A stretch of 64,000 nt of DNA from Octopus sinensis (GCF_006345805.1 NC_043001.1:124372001-124436000); one strand, 5' to 3'. Shown: positions 28,704-43,312, counted from the first letter of the stretch. Numbers and translations are program-made. The notes: generated by a model not told the origin, from the sequence alone.

Positions 28704-29021
28704 CATAAACACACACTCACACACAAATACACACATACACACATATATATATAGGCATTGAGTCGAACCAGGGGCAGCTGATGAAGGGGGATATTCCTTG
28801 TATTGTTTGTCTTATACTCTGTTTTTTCGTTGTTAAAAAAAGTCCGTTTCCTTGTTTGTTTTTATGTTTTCGTTTCTCGTTGTGTTCTACGTTTATTTGT
28901 GGTGTCCCTCTACTCATATATATAATATATATATATGCATGTATATATACATATAGATGTAGGTATGTACATATATGTATGTATGCATGTGTTTTATTTG
29001 TTAAATTGTATATGTATATAT

Positions 29022-29056
<35 letters not shown>

Positions 29057-29059
29057 TAA

Positions 29060-30730
29060 TAATAAAATATTAGGGAATAAATCCAAGATTACAGGGAAAA
29101 ATCAGATTTAGGATTATATCCAATTTATAGTATAAATATACTATATTATATTATATTAAATTAGAGATAAAACCACTATTAGGCAAATCAAACAATGACA
29201 AACATAAGCCAATACATAAAATTAATTTGATTTATATTATTTTAAATATATATCAAAAGTATTAAAAGTTTAATAAAAGATAAAGAGTAAAACACTACGA
29301 TCGTTTCATGGCTGAACAATTCGAATAACATTAATTTAAATTCAATTAATAATTCGAGTTATGGTTACAGTCAATCTTCAGGTTAATTGAAATATCTAAA
29401 AAATAATCAGAAATATTTAAACAATATTTTTAAGATATATATATAATATAATAATTTTACTTATAATAAACTATATTATCAAACTAGAAACATAAAACTT
29501 AACAATTATGATTATATCAAAATCGACTATAATGTTAAATATTAATTTTAATTTAAAAGGTAGGAAACCCACCAATAATCTAATATCGGTATTAATCTAT
29601 ATCTAATTACATAAATATTTCAAAATGACTATTATATATAAATTATCAATGAAAATATATAAATGTATATAAATATTATAATTAAGATCTAAACTAATCT
29701 CTATAAATAAATATATATGCACATATAATAAAAACCTAATAAATTAATTTTTCATATTTAAAGATGAAATAGCTAATTTCAAAATACAAATAAACAAACT
29801 TAAACGAACTTTCGGAAATCTTATGTAAAATACTTATAGAAATAATCAATTCGTAGTAATATAGTATCGAATACATACTATAAATACTATAAATATAATT
29901 ATGAATGGGAATAACTAGCGAATATCAATTTAAAAAACAATAACTAAGTTATGCTATTAAATTAGACATGGCCCGGACCAATCTTTAGTCGAACATATCT
30001 AAGTTTATCAAAGTTTATCTAATTTAATTATGAGAAATTTAAAACTACAATTAATACTATTAAAACATGTATATACAAAAGCCTAACTTTATGCACCTCG
30101 TATACTTGCTATCAAACAACAAATCTATCGCTAGTATCTTCCGAATAAACTTAAATTTAATATCTAATAATATAGAAAATTACGATAATTAGATCACTAC
30201 ATAAACAACGATATTTACATAAGGAAAATATTATTACACCAAAGACTTATAAAATATTAAAATTTACAATTTGAAGATCTTAAATATAAATAAATACTTA
30301 TCTTAGCGAGGTTTAGTAATAAACTAAAATTTTGAATCGGAAAACGTCTTTACAGCGTTTATAAGAATACTCGTGGAATTACGTTATTAGCAAAAAAAGA
30401 ATAAATTGTTGAAGAATTCATTAAGCGTGAGGAACATACGCTTTATCAATGAGATTGTGAATGGGAATATTAATGGTTTATCAGTGTAAATAGAATGAAG
30501 TCACAAATAAAGAATAAAATCACTCTATACAATAATATTTATTAATAAAATAACTATGATAAATAATACTTAATACAAAATAAATTAAATAATTTAAATG
30601 ATTAAAAACCACTAATAATTAAATATATTCTAAAAATCTTATATGATTGATAAATATATAAAAAAAAATTTATATAGTAACCCCTCATCGTACTATAAAG
30701 TCTTTCCCCATGCTCTTATCGTTATAAGCT
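29060..30730 (-). mobile_element. Very AT-rich decayed Penelope-like 3' region with hammerhead, bounded by (TA)n
   Basis: Hammerhead motif at 29293-29384 (minus). Left part matches 1641-1912. Layout resembles 55886-57650. No convincing ORF. Confidence 0.55.
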
Positions 30731-30829
30731 AAAATTAGTGATCATAACCAAATCTATAAAATACTTATCAAAATTTGCAGTAAAACTATACATACGTATA
30801 CATAAATATATATATAAAAAAATATATAC

Positions 30830-30884
<55 letters not shown>

Positions 30885-31320
30885 ATATATATACACATAC
30901 ATATACATATACATATACACATACATACACACATACACATATGCACACACTTACATACATGTACATACATACAATGCTCAATATATACACATACACCTAT
31001 ATACACAGACACACACATAAATAAATGTATATACATATACATATATATACACGCACATCAACATATACACATATATACATACACACACAACCGCATATAT
31101 CATATAATAAATACGTATATAAATGTCTATATTCATACTACAATACAAAAATAGAGGTAAACATTAAGTTTAATCTAAATAATTAATCTACTAATCTATA
31201 CTTCTATATTAAATAAAATAGATTAAATAAACAACTAAATAAATCTATTTCAAATATAAAGAGATTACATTTATGTAGGTATGTATGTATGCATGTATGT
31301 ATGTATTATGTATGTACGTA

Positions 31321-31348
31321 TCAGCCTTTTGGCAAGATCAAAATGTAG
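31321..31348 (+). pseudogene. 5' fragment of U2 snRNA
   Basis: tcagccttttggc-aagatcaaaatgtag compared with the U2 5' end cggccttttggctaagatcaagtgtag (U2 recalled from established knowledge). Confidence 0.55.
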
Positions 31349-31354
31349 AGTAGC

Positions 31355-31385
<31 letters not shown>

Positions 31386-31390
31386 GCATG

Positions 31391-31444
<54 letters not shown>

Positions 31445-32573
31445 TGTATGTATATATATATATATATTATATATATATATATGTTGTGTATGTATGTATG
31501 TATGTATGTATGCATATGCATACTCACACACACACATATATACTCACACGTACACACATACATATATATGCGTGCATGTGTGTGTGCGTATGTGTTTGTT
31601 TGTGTGTGTGCGGAGAGAGATTTGAATAAGGAAATTGGATAACTAGATAGGTAGACATAGAGGTGTAACCAATCTATTGTAGTCCGAATATAATCGCATG
31701 ATTGGAGACTACGCTTACTACCGTCCACGAGTATGGTTAGCATGATGAAGAATATGAGGCACCAGGTTGAGCATATTGTATTTCGCAGTATCGTTCTGCA
31801 TTTAGTTCTGACTTCCAATTTATCCATATTTCACGGTGCTACGTTTTACTCCTAGCTGGAAGTCGGTTATCAATATAACCGGTAATGTTAATATAACATG
31901 GAATAGACGAAACTTCCAGTATGTCTTCCTTATAAATGACATTGTGTGTAGGCAGTAAAGCATTACTCTAGATTGCTATAAACTTCATTTCCACGTTCAG
32001 CATTATAGTTTACATTATATTATTTTGGGCTGTCGAAGAGGTGCATAAGTAACGTTGTCTGCTATATAGTAGAAATGATATGTACTTTCACTTTCGTTTT
32101 AATTAATGTATCAAGTCTATATTTTTGAGTTTGTTTTATACCCAACGGGTCCAACTGGATTTTGTAGTGAATCCACGGCGTGTTTTCGACAGTAACCTTA
32201 GAGAGGCTAGTACCCTTTAATTGGAATCCGTTACACAAAAATATGTTTAAATGGTTATGCTTATGCGTGTGTGTGTGTGTGTGTTTGTGTTTGTCTCTGT
32301 GTGTGTTTGTGCGTGCATGTGTGTGTGTATGTTTGTATATAGAAAAGTTCAACAAAAACTCTTCATACTGTCCAGCTATTTGAAATTAAAGTTTCTTCAA
32401 TTAAAAATCAGCGTGCAGCAAAATGAACTAACACATTTGTAGGTTGAATAAAAGTGAAATAGACTAAAGAACGAAAATTGTATTTATTATTTTCTAAATG
32501 TACATATAATGCCATTACGTTTCAATTGGAGTCATTTGTGATGCTTTGTTTCCTTTCGTTTTCATCTGCCAAC

Positions 32574-33267
32574 ATGAATTGGACGGACGGGGGCATCGCG
32601 CTTTCATTATGTAAACGTTTATGAAGAACACCGAATCCGTAACTGTAACACGAAGGCTGTTCCGTGTGTACTTCAGGCTTAATAAACAAGATCCCGTACC
32701 TACCCGAAACACGGTTTTGTTATGGGTTACTAACTTCAGAGCAAGTGGATCACAGCGTCGAAACGAAAAACAGCCGGCCGACCTAAGACAGCCAGAACTT
32801 CGGAAAATATAGCAGCGGTAAGAGCTTCAGTTCAATATTCTCCACAACATTCTGCACGGAAACATGCCGCTGCTCTTAGGCTTTCCGACAGATGTTAGCG
32901 GAGAAGTCTTCATAAGGAAATGAAAATGCATCCATACAAAATGGTTTTGGCAAAAGAACCCAATGAAAGAGACTTTGAAACTCGTAGAGCATTGTGTTTG
33001 GAAATTCAACATGTCCCTCGTGCAGCTCTTGTGTTGTTCAGTGACGCGGCCAATTTTCGTCTGTGTGGCAGATTGAATAAGTAAATGATTTACGGTACTG
33101 GGTCGAGAATAACCCTCGTGAGTTGCATGAACGCCCCTTGCATTGTTCTTGGGTGACCATATGGTGTGCGGTAGTAGAATTCCGCATTTGGGGTCTGTAC
33201 TTCTTCGAAGAAGACAATGTTGTTACCACTGTGAACTCTGATCGATATTGTGTGATGCTAGAGACTT
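32574..33267 (+). mobile_element. Decayed IS630-Tc1-mariner transposase, N-terminal two-thirds (DUF4817-like HTH; possibly rosa/DD41D group)
   Basis: MNWT..HRAF..NTESVTVTRRLFR..VPTRNTVLLWVTNFRASGS..PGRPKTARTSEN..HPYK..FSDAANF..RYW..NPRELHERPLH..VTIWCAV..YFFEED..TVNSDRY, with stops and frameshifts. Confidence 0.85.
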
Positions 33268-33269
33268 CT

Positions 33270-33530
33270 CTCCTCATATAGTGTTATGTTTGGTGACGCT
33301 ATTGAAGATTGTGTATGGGTGTTGGACAATGGCGTGTGGTGAGAGTGCTGAGAAGTGGTCGGTGCAAGTGTTTGTGGATATCCACGTAGGATGAAGTGGC
33401 GCGCCATGAGTTGAGACTGAGTCATGATCATCACTTCAGAGCCTGCGTAGAGGGAGGAATTAGAAGTAGGGGATGCAGAGCTTGGTGTAGGCAGAGTGGG
33501 AGGAAGAGAAGTCAAAGTAGGAATGTGAGT
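33270..33530 (-). mobile_element. G-rich Penelope-type 3' fragment
   Basis: Shares tgtggt..gctgagaagtggtc.gtgc.agtgt with ~50065-50110. Confidence 0.5.
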
Positions 33531-35329
33531 TTGTGTAGCAAGCTATAAATATGTGTGCGTATGTGTGTGTGTGTGTGTGTTTGCACGCATACCTATATAT
33601 GCATTAATACACATATATGTATGAAAGTCTGATGCGGGCGCGTATATTACTGAAGGTGCAGACTATAACAGGTGGCAAAATGCCGATGCTTTTCGGAATA
33701 GAAGCCACTCATTTCTTTATTTACAGTGAATTAATATCTTCCCGTTTGAAGCCTGTAACCAGCAACACTATTTTTCACAAACAACAGTATAAATTTTTAA
33801 AAATAGATAAATAGATAAATCCAGTGCCGATGACATTGTGAGCCCTTTCCTGACAAATAACACCAACACAGTTCATATTCGTTATTTGTTTCATTATGTC
33901 AACCATGATGTCGATGACTTTCGTTTATTTCAAATTTACGCAAGGGAACTTTTAAATATAGAGAGAAAATATGAAAAAGGAATTTTCAGTAAATACATTT
34001 GAAGTTAATATTGATTTAATATAAATCTAACAATATGAAAAATATTTCGGCTATCGTTGCAAATGACATTCCTAATTCATATGATCCCAATAGTTTAATA
34101 ATACTAGATGAAGCGAAATCAAAATAAACTGTCAGAATTGAATCACACTGTTGGGTTTTGGAGTCATAAATTGGCAGATTTTATAATATATTACGTTTTC
34201 GTATTTATTTTTACGAGATAATTCATTTGCAATAATGTTTTGAAACGAGTGTTGTTTCACTTAGGAGGGTCATTTTTGCCCGTAGTGGTAATATGGTAAT
34301 ATATATTTTTTATTTTAGATCTGTTTGCTCTCTTTTTTGTTTTGAGGAGCGGTTTGCCAAGAGAAAGTAGATGTATATGTTTGCGTGTCTATGTGTGTGT
34401 GTGGGGAGTAAATCGTAATGTATTTATCTTTTTTTCTGTTTCCTCTGTGTATTTTTTTTAGTAGTGGTTTAAGGTACACTTGCAAAGAGAAAGTAGGAGA
34501 AAGTGTGGTAATAGAAGGAGTAAAGCAGTTAAAATGCGAGAGGCAAATCGTAAAATATTGAGTTTTATCGAATTTTTGCTTAATTGGGGGTCAAATTGAA
34601 AAACATTTATATGCCATGACCCAATCGAATCTATTTCGAAAAATCATAGGTAAATTCCAATTGAAGAAATTCTATATTGTACAATTGTATTACAAAACAA
34701 ACATAGTCACAGACAGAGAAAATCTGCCTTTTATAGTATATGATTATTTCTTGCAGACGTGGAACAACGAAAGACCTATTATTGATGAGGTCGCACATAG
34801 TATCAGTGGGACCCTGACAAAACAAATGGTTAGACCAACGACTGATCATGCAATTTGTTACTACTAGATTTATTAATTCACTGCTGACCCTTTCTGTTAT
34901 ACGCACAAGGCTTAAAGCTTTGTTGGGGGGGGGGTAAGGTCTTGTCGATTATATCGATCTCAGTGCTCGACTGGTACTATTTCAGCGATTCAAACGATGA
35001 AAAGCAAAGTAGCCCTCGATGAAATGTGAACTCGAAAGGTAAAGACGGACAGTATGCCGCTAAGCATATTGTGTGGTGTGCGAACGAAATTACCAGGTCA
35101 CCGTCAACTAATAATAAAAAGAAGTTTAATTGATCTATTATTTTTACTAAATCTATTTGATAAAATATCTGACAGCACACTCGATATTGTCGAAACAATT
35201 TCCCTCTTGAAACTTCGTTGCTTTTCTGTATCAATATATCTTATATAGTACCATCATAACTGCATCACATTATAACAAGGTGAATCATTATCTGCACTAT
35301 GATAATCATTCTACAACCAACGATATGAC

Positions 35330-35950
35330 AGCTTGACTTCTCTTTACAGAAAAAGATCTTTGATACTAACAAAATCAACAACGACAATAGGTCTTTGTTG
35401 TGAAATAACTACTTCCAACCACTCGAATATTTGATATCTCTTATGCCAAACAATAGATTGCATAAATTCTGTTACAGAATATTCAATGAACAAACTAACC
35501 AAGTATGCATGAAACAGCAACCTTAAGTCACATAGGAGAATATTCTGATTTGTTTGTGATGTTTATAATTCAGCAATAGCAGTATCTGAATAGGATTTAG
35601 AGATCAAAAGCAGTTTAGCATTTGGTGTGTTTTGCCAATAGTTTAGCCGTGGGATTAGATAAAATTTTCTTCAGTACCTTAGCAACAATTATGTCATATT
35701 GTTATGGCGACAATCGATTTTAACGTGCATAATCTTCAATAAATGCGCAGTCATTTTGTTATCGTCTGCTTCACTGAGAAACTATAGATCTATTAATAAA
35801 TGCATCAGTAGCTAGTGGTCTTGGCAGTGAAGAGGATTTCTTTTATATATCAATCTTATTCTCAACTGTCTGGAGAAACCATCGTAGTGTATCAAAGAGA
35901 CTAACCTAAAATATTATCTTCTGTGAAATTTTGATTCAATGATTGCTAAT
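35330..35950 (-). mobile_element. Highly decayed LINE RT (CR1/L2-like)
   Basis: Minus strand ..AFINRS.. followed by EADDNKMT, resembling the FINDL..(Y)ADD motifs. Many stops. Confidence 0.3.
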
Positions 35951-35979
35951 GTCCTTTCAAAAACATCCAGTTACTTTAA

Positions 35980-36037
<58 letters not shown>

Positions 36038-36402
36038 TATATTTATATATATATATATATATCGAATATTATAGGGAATACTTCAACTTACTCCCTATAG
36101 TTTCAGCGTAATCCGTTTGTAAGAAATAAATCATCTTTCATTTGTACACAAGTAACATATAATAGATTCCATATTTTTATTCTTTTAATGTTTTCACTCA
36201 TTGGATCGGGGCCGTACGGGAGTACCGCCTTGAAGGGTTTGAATTCAACTTTACCCAATCCCGTGAGATTTTCTAGCTGATCGATCTGCTTAAACACACG
36301 CGCATGCATACATATAGGCATTTACGTATATATACTCACACACACACACACACCACAACGCCACACGCACACACACGCACATACACACATATATACGTGT
36401 GC

Positions 36403-36477
<75 letters not shown>

Positions 36478-36480
<3 letters not shown>

Positions 36481-36840
36481 ACTTTTCACCGAGTGTGAAA
36501 CTTTCTAGTTCGAATCACATGTGTCTCGAGATGTGCCGAAGATTTTCTATTTTGGAAATATTTGGGGTACTTAGGTCTGCTCAGGACTTACTGCTTGCTT
36601 TTTCCATGGGTATGAGTAAGTATTTCACTTATATCTCACGTATTTATCGCTGAAGAGGGGAAAATTCTTATGAATTAACCCCGAAATTGGGACCAATACG
36701 GTAATAACGGATTTTTTAGAAATTTCTATTGGTTTGTTTCGAGACGCATTAATTATAATGGTTATTGACAATTTTTGTCTTTTTTCGGCATATTTGGTCA
36801 TTAGAATTTTTCTTTTGCCCTTATCTTGTAAATTTTTGTA
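36478..36840 (+). mobile_element. Non-coding (TA)n-flanked element with intact hammerhead (PLE pseudo-LTR or retrozyme-like)
   Basis: Diverged inverted copy at ~50820-51300. (TA)n at both ends. No ORF. Confidence 0.7.
36645..36703 (+). ncRNA. Type-I hammerhead ribozyme with intact catalytic core
   Basis: tatcg-CTGAAGA-gggg[aa aattc ttat gaatt aa]cccc-GAAA-ttg ggac caa-TA-cggta. Helices I, II and III all pair. AUA cleavage triplet, cut after 36698. Confidence 0.8.
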
Positions 36841-37459
36841 TATATATATATATATGCGACGAGCTTCTTTCAGTTTCCCTCTACCAAATACATTCAAAAA
36901 GGCTTTGGTCCCTGGACTGAAACCGGCATCACGTGGTTGGAAAGCCGTTGCTCACCACATAACACTCTTCTAACCACACAGCTTCCGTCATACAATACAT
37001 ACATATACCGCTGCAGATATACACCACACGCACAATAATAGATAGATAAAAACAGACAGGCATATACGCATATGTACGTACGTAATGTAAAGAGAATGAA
37101 CAATAAAACCGGACACCCTGTAGGAATATAGTTTAAACAAATAGGAATAGCTTATCTCCTTAATGGAAACAGAAAGTGTTCCAATATATTGACTTTTAGT
37201 CGATCATCAGAAGAGGGAAATGTAGTGAATGATAAAGAGAAATAGTGGATGTGTGTGTGTATGTGTGTGTATGTGTGTGTGTGTGTGTGTGTTGGCGTGT
37301 GTGTGTGTGTGTGGTGCTGGTATGTATAATGTGTGCAAGTGTATTTATGTAGGTATCTGTTTATAATGTTTATCTGTATATAAGCATATGTGTAAGTGTA
37401 TTTATATATAAATGTTCCACTTAATGTGTTTATGCCGGAATATATTTAGTGTGTGACAA

Positions 37460-37516
37460 CAGAGAGAGAAAAAGAGAGAGAGAATGAACGAAAGAAAGAA
37501 AGAAAGAAGGCAAGAC

Positions 37517-37559
<43 letters not shown>

Positions 37560-37639
37560 AAGAAGGCAAGAAAGAAAGAGAGAGAGAAAGAAGGCAAGAA
37601 AGAAAGAAAGGGAGAGAGAATGAACGAAAGAAAGAAGGC

Positions 37640-37679
<40 letters not shown>

Positions 37680-37890
37680 AGGCAAGAAAGAAAGGGAGAG
37701 AGAATGAACGAAAGAAAGAAAGAAGAAAGAAAGAAAGAAAGAAGCGACGAAGGCAAGAAAGAAAGAAAGAAAGAAAGAAAGAAGGAAAGAAAGAAAGAAA
37801 GAAAAGAGGCAAGAAGAAAGAAAGAAAGAAAGAAGAAAGAAAAAAGAAGAAAGAAAGAAAGAACGAAAATAAAGAAAGAAAGAAAGAAGC
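37460..37890. repeat. Degenerate (GAAA)n purine tract with higher-order units
   Basis: Marker aatgaacg recurs at 37483, 37619 and 37703. Confidence 0.9.
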
Positions 37891-38342
37891 GACGAGGGGA
37901 AGTGTTAGAAACTAGGTGGAATCGCTGTTCCACGAGGAGCGTTGAGAAAGGAAGACGTGTCTATATCGGCAAGTATAGGAGTGTATCCGTGTCTAGAAGC
38001 GGACATAAGAGGAAAATGGGTGGGTGTATATCTTAGTGTGGTGTATGTATATGCGTAGAAATGTACGAAGCACAAAGAAGAGTGACGTAGGCTAATGCGG
38101 TGTGGGGTGATTGTGCGTAAATGTAATTGATAGCGAGTGTGTATACATGTGTGAAGAGGTGAGAGCGGGTGCGAGTGTAAGGAAGAAGATGTTTGATTGG
38201 TAAAGCTAATGGGATGGCCTATGTAAGTATGTGTATGTGTGTGCATGTAAGAAAGAGTGTGTGTGTGTGTGAGTATGTGTGTGTATCCGAGTGTGTGAGT
38301 GTGTGTGTGAATCCGATTGTGTGTGTGAGTGTGTGTATCTGA

Positions 38343-38644
38343 GTGGAGGCACATGGCCTAGTGGTTACAGCAGCGGGTTCGCGGTCGAAGGATAGTGGGT
38401 TCGAATCTCAGACCGGGCGATGTCTGTGTTTATGAGCGAAACACCTAAGCTCCACGCGGCTCCGGCAGAAGGTAATGGCGAACTTCTGCTGACTCTTTCG
38501 TCACAACTTTCTCTCACTCTTTCCTCCTCCATCTAGCAGCTCACCTGCGACGGACCGGCGTCCCGTCCAGATGGGAAACCTACACGCCAAGAAAACCGCG
38601 AAACCGGCCCATATAAGGCAGGCGTGGCTCGAGAAGGAAGGAAG
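38343..38644 (+). mobile_element. tRNA-derived SINE, family R, tail type B
   Basis: gtggaggcacatggcctagtggtta..ggttcgaatc head. Flanks gtgtgtatc(t/c)gag resemble a TSD. Confidence 0.85.
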
Positions 38645-39364
38645 GTGTGTATCCGAGTGTGAATATATGCGTGTGAGTATGCGTTGATTAAATAATAACG
38701 ACTAGTCAAAAGCACAAAGATACAAATTCAACAATCCACTACGGTGATACTCTAATATATGAGTGCTTTTTATATCAGCTGTGTACTCTCCACTATTGAC
38801 TGAGGAAGTGATCTGATTTCTTAATAACCCGTAAAGTTTTCCCGCTAACCAAAAGCATTTAATGAATGTGTGAATGCGTATACACACTTGTGTTTATGTC
38901 ACGATTAGGCTGTGATATAAGCACAAGGTGTCAAGACACCTTCTAAAATGTGGCATTCATTCCAGCTTTTAGAACATTATGGCGTATTTTGCACAATTTT
39001 TCATAACGACAAAATTGTTACACTTCCATATTAGTAATTTATTGAAGCTTACCAGTCCGAGTTGTCCGACTTGTTACATAGTTTATCGGAAGGATTTTCA
39101 TCTTGTAAAAAAAATTTTGAATTCATTCTGTAAAGATATGGTTAGTTCCTAACTCAGAAACAAATACTATTGTTGGCATTTAGAAAACAACAAATATATA
39201 GATTCATCTTTACTTACTGAAATGTCTTGCTTAAATTCACAGTTTCCCTTATTGTCTGGATTTGATCAATGCGAGTTAGAACGGCATCTTTCTTTGTCCC
39301 AGACTAATACTTATGCACTTAGTAATAACAACAAATAATGATTTACGGAGATGTACTTGCATAG

Positions 39365-39878
39365 CAATAGATTTGATCTGAGATCGTGTGCTGAAACGAA
39401 AACAATTGCAGCGTGGAAGGTGTTTGTAAGCCATTTAAGAAACACACAAAAACCGTTCGATTCACTTCAACATTTAAGTTTGATTTGTCAAAATATTTTC
39501 GTCGCTTTAAGACCGCGACCTGTTCACTGACAAATATCCGTGCTGCATCTCAAATAATGATTGTTGATAGAGATTTAAATTTATCATTTCAGGAGATAAT
39601 TTGTAGGTTCCGAAGCAGCTTATCATAAGCATTCATTTTCTGATTCATTTTAAATGGAGTATTTAGTTCTGTTGGGAAAATGAGTTCTAAATATTAGATT
39701 ATCTCAATAGAGTTCTGTATTTAAGAGATGAGGAATTATGTACATTATTTACATTATTTACATTTGACGGATATTTGTCCTCATCTTGTTTGTTGTTAAC
39801 ACAACGTTTCGGCTGATGTACCTTCAGGCTTCATTAGGTGTCTTCGAACCTCGGCTCTCATTCTTAAGGTATTTTTCG
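39365..39878 (-). mobile_element. Penelope-like 5' fragment (pseudo-LTR with decayed hammerhead, then possible ORF start) next to (TAA)n
   Basis: Minus strand acac-CTAATGA-agcctg..cagcc-GAAA-CGTT-gtgt at 39799-39841. Related pieces at ~16400-16530 and 16970-17035. Confidence 0.6.
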
Positions 39879-39879
39879 A

Positions 39880-39931
<52 letters not shown>

Positions 39932-40097
39932 GAGGTCACTGCCTAGAATCAAACTCCGAGTTCGATTCCAGGCAGTATATATATACGTATATATATGTGT
40001 GTGTATATATATATATGTGTATGTACATATATGTGTGTGTGTGTACAATATATATATATATTAATATATATATATATACACAGATGTTTATTACATA

Positions 40098-40130
<33 letters not shown>

Positions 40131-40611
40131 ACATATATATATTGTGTGTATATCTATATATATATCTATATATATATAATATTCACTACACAATATATAA
40201 TATATATGTATATATACATATACTATATATTTTCTATATTTGTGAAAAGGGCGGACGTTGTATCAGAAGCAGATGTGCTGCAGGCAAAAGTGTTCGTTTA
40301 TGTGGTGGGATTGACCTTAAAATTTACATACCTATGTTAAAATTGCTGGGGAGTTTCCATGGCAACTTTGAGTTTGCTCAATTGAAAGGCGTGGCCTCTA
40401 GGTAACATTCCTCATTTTTTAAATGTGGCCCGAGTAGATCCGAATGAAATGGGGTAATAATACTAGTATATATATATATTGTACCTGCAATAAACAGTAT
40501 GAGAAAGAAAAAGACAAACCACGAAAGAGAAGTGTTAACAAATACTTCACTAGCTTATGTATGTATGAATGTATATAGGCATCCAAGTACATAGCATATA
40601 TATATGCATGC

Positions 40612-40642
<31 letters not shown>

Positions 40643-40809
40643 TGTATGTATGTATGTATGTATGTATGTATGTTTGTATGTATGTATGCATGTATGTATG
40701 TATGCATTATGTACGTATGTATGTGTGTATGTATGTATACATGCATATATGTGGGCAGATAGCTAGGCACATAGGTAGGTATCAAGATATGTATATATAC
40801 ATGCAGATA

Positions 40810-41194
40810 GTGGAGGCGCAATGGCCCAGTGGTTAGGGCAGCGGATTCGCGGTCATAGGATCGCGGTTTCGATTCCCAGACCGGGCGTTGTGAGTGTTTA
40901 TTGAGCGAAAACACCTAAAGCTCCACGAGGCTCCGGCAGTGGATGGTGGTGATCCCTGCTGTACTCTTTCACCACAACTTTCTCTCACTCTTACTTCCTG
41001 TTTCTGTTGTACCTGTATTTTCAAAGGGCCGGCCTTATCACTCTCTGTGTCACGCTGAATATCCCCGAGAACTACGTTAAGGGTACACGTGTCTGTGGAG
41101 TGCTCAGCCACTTACACGTTAATTTCACGAGCAGGCTGTTCCGTTGATTCTGATCAACCGGAACCCTCAACGTCGTAACCGACGGGGTGCTTCC
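40810..41194 (+). mobile_element. Full-length tRNA-derived SINE, family R, tail type A
   Basis: 11-bp TSD acatgcagata at 40799-40809 and 41195-41205. Near-identical to 46081-46455. Confidence 0.92.
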
Positions 41195-41529
41195 ACATGC
41201 AGATATTTATGACAAAATATGTATGAGTTTGTATACACATCCGTATGACTTTTCATGTGTGTGCATTAGTATGTGTGCGAGAGATTGCGAATTGTGGTTG
41301 ATTTTTAACAGCAAACGTTTCTTTCTCTAAAATCTTTATTTAATTTTTCGTCGTATAATTATCTTGCTTTTATAATTCGTCTCCTGATACATATCTTAAA
41401 AACGAAAGGTGTGAAAATGTTTAATTTGTTCGTACATATAAAGAGATTAATCGAAATTAATGAAAAATGAAAATCATAATGTGTGTGTTTGTATGCGTGC
41501 ACGTGTGTTTGTGTATGTGTATAAATATA

Positions 41530-41913
41530 AATCTCTCTCTATGTAAACGGCAGTTTGTCTGTGCGTGTTTCTGTGTGTCTGTTTGCTTGTACCCTCACTC
41601 TGACCACGGCTTTCAACCGATTCTGATGAAACTTGACACACACATAGCCCAATGTCATAATTCAAACTAACGCAGCGAAAATTTTGAAAAGTTCCCCCAG
41701 TTCTGAAAAAAATCGATAAATTCGACATGGGGTCGAGAACCAAAAAAATAACCACAGACGTCTAGGGGACGCAACTCAACCTTTTTTTACTCTCAAAAAA
41801 AATTTACCATCATTTTTTTCTATTTGTTTGCTATTTTTGGCTATAACTCTCTAAAAATGCTTATATAGTTATTTCCCTTACAAACCTGAGCAACGCCGGG
41901 CGATACTGCTAGT
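41530..41913 (-). mobile_element. Non-autonomous Helentron/Helitron-like element (HINE/DINE-like)
   Basis: 5' actagcagtatcgcccggcgttgctc.ggtttgtaagggaaataac shared with 44011. 3' acagac-rich end. Adjacent to (TA)n. Confidence 0.65.
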
Positions 41914-42017
41914 ATATATATATATATTTATATATATATATATATATCATGCGTGCATATACATGCATGCATTCATGCAAACATACACGAATATATACAT
42001 ATTTACATGTGTGCCTC

Positions 42018-42066
<49 letters not shown>

Positions 42067-42276
42067 TGTGTGTGTGTGTGTGTGTGTGGTGCCTGTGTAT
42101 GTATGTATGTGTGGGTAAGTGTTTGTTTTTGAAATGCCCGGAATAAATACTTTTTTTAATAAAAAAATATTCTTGCTTCGTCGTGTACAGTATACAAATC
42201 TTATAAACATATGTATAGGATGTTGTATGTCAGCATGTAAGTATACATTAATATACGCACACATATATGCATAGGC

Positions 42277-42339
<63 letters not shown>

Positions 42340-43247
42340 ATATATATATTACTATATATATGTTTGTTGTGTGTCTAATCACATACATATGCGTTTACAG
42401 GCGTATACTGACGTACTTATACAATGCACAATATATCTACGCATGCATACACACGCACATATACATATATAAATAAATATATACTTATATTACATACTTC
42501 GGGTGTGTCAACACGCCACTTGCAAAGTTTGCCGATCGCTTTTTATCTCGCTTTAAACAATCTGCTACACCGCAAGTTACACATGTCGCTATAGGCTGTT
42601 ATAGAGATATGCATTTGGGCACATTGCCATATTTTCACTTGAAGAATTCAACAGTTCTTTATATTCCTCTAGCAACAACTTCAAAGAATTTCTAAAGAGC
42701 AGCTATCTCCTCTGAAATATTGAATTCTGTGAAAAACGATCGTTGAGAATTTTTTCATGTGTGAAGGAAGATGAACATGATGAGATTATAAACGAAGTAA
42801 ATGTTTATGAAAAACTTAAAGGATTGCGGAACCACGAACGGTTTTTTCGATTTCTTAAAACAATCTAATAACAAATAACACGTTGAATTTAATAGAAGCG
42901 CAATATAAAATGGAATTGGAAATGAAGCAGTATATAATTTGATTCATATAAATAGGTCGTTCACGAGCCCGTGATTCCATTCGGTCGCAGTTAAACCATT
43001 TTGCATAGCAGAGCCTCGTGTTTCCCTCGCTTTGGACGTATTGCCTCTCTATTATACAGTAAATCATCACTTCTCTGCTGTTGTTGATTTTTTTTCTTAT
43101 TCTAAGCAAAGCGGAATCGTGTAAAATGAAGTGATCTGCTCAAGGACACACTGAAGTATACGCTCTGGAGAAACAAAATAATCGCCTTGTATATGTGTGT
43201 GTGTCTTCATTTGTATGTGTGTGTGGATTTGTATATGTAAATGTATG

Positions 43248-43312
<65 letters not shown>

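Noticed and set aside
28780-28810. CTGATGAAGGGG motif
   Set aside because: No downstream GAAA or cleavage triplet.
40810-40885. tRNA-like sequences (also at 38343, 46081, 63820)
   Set aside because: They are SINE heads followed by SINE bodies, some with TSDs, not tRNA genes.
42720-42870. Short open frame DEIINEVNVYEKLKG, vaguely kinase-like
   Set aside because: No supporting motifs or clear splice sites.
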